IMG/VR virus record: IMGVR_UViG_3300022876_000002
Length of the DNA: 64,000 nt
Source of the DNA: a virus
Lineage: Duplodnaviria > Caudoviricetes
Strand: one strand, 5' to 3'
A program made the translations under genes and the position numbers. Under the pieces are notes generated by a model, which was given only the letters and a program-made list of their open reading frames with translations, had not been told where the DNA came from and made no database searches. Position 1 is the stretch's first letter. Every line of letters starts with the position of its first letter. Positions 57,508 to 64,000 of the stretch are shown one piece after another.

Positions 57508-57592
57508 GGAAGGAATTCCTTGCAGACGTAGGACAAACAAACAAATGCATTTGTTGTGTATTTGGTGCTACACATACAATGTATTTATTTAA

Positions 57593-58144
57593 TTAGGGGT
57601 TTTGGATACCAAGTAGCTTGTAAACCACTGCCAGAGAGAACTCTCCGGTGCGCGGTTCTGGGATAGCGCCGAAATGACTTTCCATGTAGCCCTTGCAGTG
57701 GGTAATCATCTCGAGCAAAGCACCAGAGAAACACGTAGCCTCTGCACAGACCCAGCCCGGCAAAGGTTTGTCGTCTTCCTCTGGGTGTAACGCCAACACC
57801 AGGACGTTCTGCCCAGCATTGATATAAGAGAAACAACGAGTACCGTGGATCACTTCGGATAAGTTACTACCGTCGACACTATTAAATGCCTCGCGTAGCA
57901 TACCACCTTCGTAATCCTTGGAGAACAACATATCAGGTTCGAGCATGGGCACACCCATCTCTTGAGCCGCCTGATATTGGAACTTGAAGAACTGGGCAAG
58001 CTCAGGCCACATCAACTTTTGATGATATGTCTCAATTGCTACCAGTTCCCTCAAAGGAATTGACATCCGATCCAGCAGTCGTACGAACTGGCTGGGCAGA
58101 TAAAATACATGAACCGAAGGCCCATTAGGGGTCCTGAGAATCAT
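57593..58144 (-). CDS. phiKZ gp119-like protein (183 aa)
   Basis: ORF with AGGAG RBS between the helicase and capsid genes. Confidence 0.7.
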   Translation of the reverse strand: MILRTPNGPSVHVFYLPSQFVRLLDRMSIPLRELVAIETYHQKLMWPELAQFFKFQYQAAQEMGVPMLEPDMLFSKDYEGGMLREAFNSVDGSNLSEVIHGTRCFSYINAGQNVLVLALHPEEDDKPLPGWVCAEATCFSGALLEMITHCKGYMESHFGAIPEPRTGEFSLAVVYKLLGIQNP

Positions 58145-58170
58145 ACTTGCACTCCTAGGAGTTAGTCTGA

Positions 58171-59703
58171 ATGAATGACTTACTGGTGTTGGTCAAACTG
58201 TTGTCGGCAATTTACCAAGCCAAGAAAATTAAAGATGTCAATTTGCTTAAGGAGCTGGAGGAGTTGATGGACGAACTCCCGCCACCTCCACCAGAAGTCT
58301 TTGTTCAGAACAAAGATATCCGAGAGAGTATCAAAAGCACAATTGCGTGGCTGTTTGACGAGCCAGATGATGAACCGATCATAAAATCAGTATTGTTACA
58401 ACGTGTGCGGATGTTCTCTGGTATTACCGAGGATATCAAGCTCAGTATTGAAGACGGTTTAGAAGACTTTGACGACGAGCAAATGACTCGTAAGGTAATC
58501 TACAAACAGATTACTGATATACGTCTTAGTTTGGAAGACAAGGGTTTTGCTGAGAAATGGAAGCGCGCTACTAAGCAGTACTTCTTTAAAGACATTAGCG
58601 AGATCACCAAAGAAGACTGGGTTAACCTGTCGGATATCATCAACGACCGGATGGCTACGCTATATGAGGAGAAGCAGTCAGAGGTTATTTGTGAGGTCAG
58701 TACTGCAGACCCTACTAGCTTCCATGCGACCATCGATCTGGCTAAGAAGGAAAACTCCAACGAGGGTATCCTCAAGTCTGGTATCCAGGCACTGAACTTG
58801 GCACTCAGTCCTGATGGTGGTTTCCGTCGTAGTAAGTTCTATCTACTCAACGCATTGACCAACCGTGGTAAGTCGTTGACTGTGGCGCACCTTACTGCAT
58901 CGGTAGGTCTGTACAACAAACCACAGCTGCGTAATAAGGCTAAGATCCCAACGATCCTCCTGGAGTCGGCAGAAGACACCATGGACCTTATTATCCAGCG
59001 TATGTACAAGCTGGCTATTACTGCTACCACCGACAACGAACCAGATTTCAACCTGGCTGAGAACGACGATATCGTTGAAGCTATCTGCAGCTGCTTCAAA
59101 CAGAACGGTTGGGTACTGGTCATCAAGGTTATCGATTCGAGCAAAGACACCGCTGCTGCTATGTTCGATCGTGTACGTCGCATGGAGCTCAAAGGCCACG
59201 AAATCATTTTCTACGCCTACGACTACGCTGCGCTGCAGAACTACGACAAGCTCCCGGGTGAAACCAAGTCGGATAAACTCCAACTGCACTTCCGGAAGAT
59301 TCGTGCGTTTATCATTGCTCGTGGTATTTGCTTCATTACTCCGCACCAGCTTAGCCCCGATGCTAAGAAACGTTTGCAGGAGTCGGATGAAGAGTCTGAG
59401 GTTTACTTCGCCAGAGAAGTCGCGGGTAAGTCTTATACTGAAACATCCACCAAGATTACCAACGAAGTCGATGTGGAGATTACCTTCCATGTGGCCAAGA
59501 CTTCGTTCAAAGCTTACTGGACGTTCTCCATCGGTAAGCAGCGCGGTGAAGGTTGCCTTCCCGAGCATCGGTTTGCCATCTACGATATCCATCCCGTGCA
59601 TGGGTTGAAGCACGATATCAATGGCAAGCCACAGTTCAGACGTAGTTTGCAGACACGACTAAACGAACTAGGCGAGATTGAAGCCGATATCGACTCTATT
59701 TGA
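58171..59703 (+). CDS. dnaB: DnaB-like replicative helicase (phiKZ gp118-like)
   Basis: Walker A ALTNRGKS, LLESAED, YDYAAL, ITPHQLS, GKQRG (SF4 helicase motifs). Confidence 0.88.
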   Translation: MNDLLVLVKLLSAIYQAKKIKDVNLLKELEELMDELPPPPPEVFVQNKDIRESIKSTIAWLFDEPDDEPIIKSVLLQRVRMFSGITEDIKLSIEDGLEDFDDEQMTRKVIYKQITDIRLSLEDKGFAEKWKRATKQYFFKDISEITKEDWVNLSDIINDRMATLYEEKQSEVICEVSTADPTSFHATIDLAKKENSNEGILKSGIQALNLALSPDGGFRRSKFYLLNALTNRGKSLTVAHLTASVGLYNKPQLRNKAKIPTILLESAEDTMDLIIQRMYKLAITATTDNEPDFNLAENDDIVEAICSCFKQNGWVLVIKVIDSSKDTAAAMFDRVRRMELKGHEIIFYAYDYAALQNYDKLPGETKSDKLQLHFRKIRAFIIARGICFITPHQLSPDAKKRLQESDEESEVYFAREVAGKSYTETSTKITNEVDVEITFHVAKTSFKAYWTFSIGKQRGEGCLPEHRFAIYDIHPVHGLKHDINGKPQFRRSLQTRLNELGEIEADIDSI

Positions 59704-59723
59704 GCGCATAAGCAAACATAACC

Positions 59724-59758
59724 CTATACCCCTGGCCCTACTAGGGCCAGGGGTATAG
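59724..59758. terminator. 16-bp inverted repeat between convergent genes
   Basis: ctatacccctggccct-act-agggccaggggtatag. Confidence 0.75.
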
Positions 59759-59784
59759 TAAGGCTTATTTCGCAAATTTGGAGC

Positions 59785-60264
59785 TTAGCCCAAATAGCCT
59801 GGCTTGAATGCCGCAGACCCCAAGTACTTAGATGGGTTATCTTTGGCTATTTGCACGACATCAAGGCTACCTAAAGCCGTGGTGTAGTTACCCCAAGATT
59901 CCGCCATTTGCGCTACCAGAGCTTTTTGCTTGGCGTCAATGGTGTCCATGAGTTCTTCTGTGGTGCCTACGCCTCTAACGTAGTGCAAGAGCTCACCGAT
60001 AACGAAGTCCTTCCATCGTGCCGCAGACTCTGGCGCTAGTTTATCAGTAACGCCCAGTAAAGCAATAACACCCCCGTTGATGCCATCAGGATGCTTATCC
60101 AGTTGACGAACGCCAATTAATTTCTCCATTTCATCACAGAACCCACGACGACGGTCAAGTGCTTCAACAATGCTGTTTGTTGCTGCCGCAAATCCCTTAG
60201 CAAAGAAACCAGGTTGCAGTTGGGTGGCAACACCGTCTTCGATCTTTTCGATATAACCTTTCAT
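59785..60264 (-). CDS. Hypothetical protein (159 aa)
   Basis: ORF after AAGGG. Confidence 0.75.
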   Translation of the reverse strand: MKGYIEKIEDGVATQLQPGFFAKGFAAATNSIVEALDRRRGFCDEMEKLIGVRQLDKHPDGINGGVIALLGVTDKLAPESAARWKDFVIGELLHYVRGVGTTEELMDTIDAKQKALVAQMAESWGNYTTALGSLDVVQIAKDNPSKYLGSAAFKPGYLG

Positions 60265-60294
60265 GTAAATACCCTTTAAATGATGATGTCGTAC

Positions 60295-60316
60295 GTAGGG
60301 TACTATAGTACCCTAC
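60295..60316. repeat. Perfect 22-bp palindrome
   Basis: gtagggtactatagtaccctac. Confidence 0.8.
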
Positions 60317-60408
60317 TACTCCGCTTAGCCTATACTCAAAAATAACCCAACCATCCCCACCCGCTTTCGCAGACAGTTCTCATTAAGTGTATAAACTAAT
60401 ACACTCAG

Positions 60409-61749
60409 TTAAGAAACAACGGTTTCCTCTGGTCGGATTAACAGCACCAGGGTAGAGTGTTCCCGGAAGGTTGGTTCTAGTGCTTCGGTATCCATCTGGT
60501 ACTCTGTCCGTAGAGCACCGATACTACCCTCCTGGTAGACCAAGTGTTCTGGTCCACTCATGTAGTAGTAGCGCACAGGCATTGCTGGGTCAATCATTTC
60601 CCAGTTCGAGTTATGCCACGGGATAGTCGTGGTGTTAATATCACTCAAGGCGTTGTCGCTTAGGTGCTTACAAAGGTTACCCGTAGGCAGGAACTCTGTA
60701 GGAATCCATTCCTCACCAGACATACGAGCTTTGGTACGGTATTCCGACAAGGAGTCCTGACTGGTAGTTACCGCCACACCCTTGTTGTAGTACCGACCGG
60801 TTTCACCCATAGCTGCGTCAGATGTGATAATCCGTTTACCCACACCTTTGTTCTGACGCTTAACGTCGGAGTTGTCACTGTTGATCGCTTCACCTGTAGC
60901 AAAGATAGTCACGGACTTATCGTCAGCAATCCAGGTGTTGTGCAACGTAGGGAATACGTTCTGCGGCAAACGGTAGATGTTCAATACCCGTCTAGCTTTC
61001 TCGTAACGGCCGTCACGGTACAGTGGGTAGATGCGCCACAGTCCTTTACGGTAGTACATCCCTAGCCCGGTATTGTAGATACCGTATTCCTCATGCTGTT
61101 GGAGGAACTGCCCCAGGTCAATCAACCTGGTACCGAAAGGAATGACAATGTGCTTGAACACCCGGTCGTTGTCGATAGGCTGCTCAATGTCCACCCCTTT
61201 CCACGCATCTGGTCCAGTTAAGCCCAAAGACTCACCGGCTTCACACAGCTTGTCATGCAGTGCGTTGTCCAGCGTAGACATCAACAAGATATCTTGTGCT
61301 GGCAGGTTGCGCAGTTTACCCATACCGGTCTCGTACAGCTGGAACGAGATCGTGATAATGTTAGTTTCGTCCTTACCACCCAAGTTAGCCTGGGCGGTGT
61401 GGCTACCTTCCATCTCTGGGTTATCTGCGTCGATCGGTGTTGCACGGAACCGATACATTGTCTGGTTTACGCCTGTACGCTCGCAGACCTCGATGATCAG
61501 ATCCTCTTTATACGGCAGGATATTGTTCTGGTACACACCCGGTTGGATCTGTACGCGAATAGTGCAGTCGTCACCCCGTCCCGATACAAAAGAACACATC
61601 CTTGCGAACCCGTTGGGGATCAGTAATGGAATCTGTTCCACCGGGGTGATAGCCATGGCGGTCATATTGAACTTACGTTCGTTACGCTGAGTAGCCTCAA
61701 CGTACTGGACGTACTCAATAAGGTTTTGTAAGGAACGGGGTGCTTCCAT
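60409..61749 (-). CDS. Virion structural protein (phiKZ gp101-like, 446 aa)
   Basis: Long ORF; YGIYNTGLGMYY and IDPAMPVRYYY motifs; gene order as recalled. Confidence 0.6.
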   Translation of the reverse strand: MEAPRSLQNLIEYVQYVEATQRNERKFNMTAMAITPVEQIPLLIPNGFARMCSFVSGRGDDCTIRVQIQPGVYQNNILPYKEDLIIEVCERTGVNQTMYRFRATPIDADNPEMEGSHTAQANLGGKDETNIITISFQLYETGMGKLRNLPAQDILLMSTLDNALHDKLCEAGESLGLTGPDAWKGVDIEQPIDNDRVFKHIVIPFGTRLIDLGQFLQQHEEYGIYNTGLGMYYRKGLWRIYPLYRDGRYEKARRVLNIYRLPQNVFPTLHNTWIADDKSVTIFATGEAINSDNSDVKRQNKGVGKRIITSDAAMGETGRYYNKGVAVTTSQDSLSEYRTKARMSGEEWIPTEFLPTGNLCKHLSDNALSDINTTTIPWHNSNWEMIDPAMPVRYYYMSGPEHLVYQEGSIGALRTEYQMDTEALEPTFREHSTLVLLIRPEETVVS

Positions 61750-61751
61750 GA

Positions 61752-62534
61752 TTAACCTTCTCTAAATATCCAGTCAGGGTTTGCCACCATTTGGGGCTGT
61801 TGGGCAAACAATGTATCAAACGGCACAACTGGTTGCAGTAGTTGTTGTTGCTGTACGGCCAGCTCTGGGTTGAATGGAGCTGGGTTGTACATTGGGGCAG
61901 CGGGACCTTCGTAGCTGTGGCTACTAGTGCCCATAAGCTCGTCCAGAGGGCTGTAGAAGCTGATGCCATCCTTACTGCCATGGATCACCTGCTCAACCAT
62001 AGAAGACATCCCAAACAGCGCGCGGAAGCCTGCTAGGCCAGCACCTTCCAGTTGGGTGTCTTGTTCATACTGCTTGCGCTCTTTCTCACGTTTGACAAAC
62101 GGCTTGATGCGTTTGTATACGTTGAACAACAAGTAAGCCAGTGACTCGAGTTCCCGTAACTCAGCAAACGTGGGAGCTTTAAAGTCTGGGGCATTCTTAA
62201 TGATCTCGCACCACAGTGCGATATACTCAGTCAACCCTTCGTAGACTTCAATCACTGATTTGTTGTAGCGTTCGAACACGATATCCTCAGCCGACTGGAA
62301 GTTCTCCATGTACATGAGGATCTGCGGGATTTTCATTACCCGCATGCCTTTCTCGGAATAGAAGTCGTGGTCGTTAGCAAACCCTTCCTGGGTGTACGTA
62401 GGACGTGTACGGATTTGGTCCAGAGTCATCATTTTCTCTGGAGCGATGTGTACTCGGTAGCCTCGGTGCTGCACAATGTTGTAAAGACTAATCAAACGCT
62501 TCCTTACAAAATCATACCGCGCGTATGTCATCAT
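61752..62534 (-). CDS. Conserved hypothetical protein (260 aa)
   Basis: ORF, ATGA overlap; Q/P-rich C-terminus. Confidence 0.75.
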   Translation of the reverse strand: MMTYARYDFVRKRLISLYNIVQHRGYRVHIAPEKMMTLDQIRTRPTYTQEGFANDHDFYSEKGMRVMKIPQILMYMENFQSAEDIVFERYNKSVIEVYEGLTEYIALWCEIIKNAPDFKAPTFAELRELESLAYLLFNVYKRIKPFVKREKERKQYEQDTQLEGAGLAGFRALFGMSSMVEQVIHGSKDGISFYSPLDELMGTSSHSYEGPAAPMYNPAPFNPELAVQQQQLLQPVVPFDTLFAQQPQMVANPDWIFREG

Positions 62535-63838
62535 GATGGAACTCCGAATTTCCGACTGACTTGGATCAGTAGAATCAAAATAGCACCATGATAGAGTTGT
62601 TCCTTAGGAGTGAGCTTGAAATACTCATCCTTGCAGTACGCCAGCAACTCTTTACGTGGCACGATCTTTTGTTTGAGGATCTTGTAAACCAGCTTTTCAA
62701 ACACAGTCTCTGGTTCACCGTTGTAGAAAGCTTCCCCGAACACATAGCTACCGATTTTGGATTGAGGGCTAGGACGCAGGATAGGGTAACCATCCATGTT
62801 GTAATAGACCTTGTACTGTTTGTACTCCTCCGGGTCGGTACAGATGAAATACGTGAACTTACTGGAACGCAAGTTACCGTACAGACGGCTGTTAACCAGG
62901 CGGTCTACACCGATCATGGCTGCGCCCTTAGGGCACTGCGACAACAGGTTGAAATCACCACGCAGGATTACGTCCCAGATGTTGATTGTCCCATGCATAC
63001 CGAAGTCACGACCACCGTACTGTGTAGACAGTTGTCCAATCACAGGATACATGACACGCATATCTGGTTCGATCACTGCGGAGAGGAACTTAACCAGGTA
63101 CTGGTCGTAAACGTAACCACCCAGGACTTCAGTGTCCCCACTGGTGTTGTACGCAATGGTCCGTTCTGGGTTCCACCAGAATTTGGTCATGATCCACTGG
63201 CCAATGGTAGTCCGCCACTGGAACAGTTGCGCTTCGGTGTCGAAGTCATCTTCACTGAGTAGGCCCACACCGCCACTAAGAGCCGAATCAATCGAGTAGA
63301 CCAACTCCTGTTGTACCCGACGCTCTAACTCATCAGCCCAGTCTTTCTGCAAGATACCAACCATCTGGAAGGTAATACGGTAGGCTTTGTTGGCAGTGAA
63401 GTTCGGGAGTTCGGGTTGTTCGGTGAGCTGGAACAAACCAGCACGACCGTCCATGATCTCAGCAATGAACACGTCTCCACGGATAGGAGGCAACCCAAAG
63501 CTTACCCAGCCAGTGTAGTCTACCTTAGACTCGGCTTTCTGTGGGTCAAAGCTAAACGCTCCGTCACCCTCAGACTTAACTACCAGCCTACGGATACGAG
63601 TGTACTGGTTGTACGTAGCCGCGTTGAACGGATCAAACGGTTGTGGTTCCTCGTCAGGTGCCACACGTTGACGGTAGTACTCCACCTGGAACGGGGTACC
63701 CTGCACCATGGTGATCAGTGCGGTCTCAGGCTGGTAGGTGCCTTCTACGATTCCGTGGCGGTATTGCTCGTTGTAGATCTTGGGGGTTTCTGGTTCTGGT
63801 GGGAGAATCTCACCCAACGGGGTAATATCAAACGACAT
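62531..63838 (-). CDS. Virion structural protein (phiKZ gp99-like, 435 aa)
   Basis: QGTPFQVEYYRQ and PPIRGDVFIAEIMDGRAGLF motifs; gene order as recalled. Confidence 0.6.
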   Translation of the reverse strand: MSFDITPLGEILPPEPETPKIYNEQYRHGIVEGTYQPETALITMVQGTPFQVEYYRQRVAPDEEPQPFDPFNAATYNQYTRIRRLVVKSEGDGAFSFDPQKAESKVDYTGWVSFGLPPIRGDVFIAEIMDGRAGLFQLTEQPELPNFTANKAYRITFQMVGILQKDWADELERRVQQELVYSIDSALSGGVGLLSEDDFDTEAQLFQWRTTIGQWIMTKFWWNPERTIAYNTSGDTEVLGGYVYDQYLVKFLSAVIEPDMRVMYPVIGQLSTQYGGRDFGMHGTINIWDVILRGDFNLLSQCPKGAAMIGVDRLVNSRLYGNLRSSKFTYFICTDPEEYKQYKVYYNMDGYPILRPSPQSKIGSYVFGEAFYNGEPETVFEKLVYKILKQKIVPRKELLAYCKDEYFKLTPKEQLYHGAILILLIQVSRKFGVPS

Positions 63839-64000
63839 CGTCCAATACCTCTAATAAGTGTGCGTTGAGACCCATCTGCATCATGTAGCGGTTAAAGTCA
63901 TTAGGCGGTAACCCACGACCTTTGTTGATACCAGCACGAATGATGTGTGGGTAGGCAGCCCAAGGTTTAGGCAAGTTCCACCAGTCAAACCCTTGGAACA
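63828..64000 (-). CDS. C-terminal end of a CDS entering from beyond the window
   Basis: Manual translation ...FQGFDWWNLPKPWAAYPHIIRAG...LLEVLDDVV*, overlapping the ATG at 63838. Confidence 0.7.
   Translation of the reverse strand, partial: FQGFDWWNLPKPWAAYPHIIRAGINKGRGLPPNDFNRYMMQMGLNAHLLEVLDDVV

Noticed and set aside
55474-57531. 685-aa antisense ORF over the capsid gene (similar ones at 6534..7865, 40275..41201, 44107..45537, 14049..15290, 35067..36164, 49931..50935)
   Set aside because: In register with the sense gene. It arises because biased genes avoid TTA, CTA and TCA codons; the translations have no protein-like motifs or RBS.
57573-57576. TATG late-promoter motif upstream of the capsid gene (also near 21358)
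   Set aside because: Consistent with phiKZ late promoters, but a 4-mer cannot be supported without TSS data.
1-64000. tRNA, rRNA, CRISPR array, intron, intein or IS element
   Set aside because: No cloverleaf or T-loop context, no regularly spaced repeats, no interrupted core genes and no transposase or homing-endonuclease motifs seen by eye. A dedicated scan was not possible.
1-64000. Stop-codon reassignment
   Set aside because: Core genes are full length in the standard code, and TAA, TGA and TAG all terminate genes.

Overview
A 64-kb stretch of a phiKZ-like (nucleus-forming, Chimalliviridae-type) jumbo phage genome, densely coding and mostly on the minus strand. A Pseudomonas-like host is inferred from the strongly GC-ending codons of the capsid gene. 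1-18.8 kb is an accessory region: a tandem family of ~300-aa paralogues, a codon-biased glycine-zipper protein, an Acb1-like 2H phosphoesterase, a DHH phosphoesterase, RNase HI, an NAD+-dependent DNA ligase and two degenerate minimal nucleotidyltransferases. 18.8-64 kb is a core block: SbcC-like ATPase, baseplate spike, five tail-fibre paralogues, a candidate spanin pair and holin, RuvC, virion proteins, portal, non-virion RNAP beta-like subunit, major capsid protein and DnaB-like helicase. Intergenic gaps carry a family of long C-rich/G-rich inverted repeats and four TATATTAC-like promoter motifs. Best leads: a canonical -1 frameshift cassette (A AAA AAC, 6-nt spacer, 73-nt structure) at the capsid stop codon; a chimeric gene carrying a ~185-aa copy of a core-protein domain; an overlapping i-/o-spanin pair plus a 2-TM holin candidate; the Acb1-like enzyme and the nucleotidyltransferase pair; and a multi-hairpin UUCG RNA element. 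phiKZ gene numbers come from recall of gene order and motifs, not from a search. No tRNA, rRNA, CRISPR array, intron, intein or transposase was recognised.
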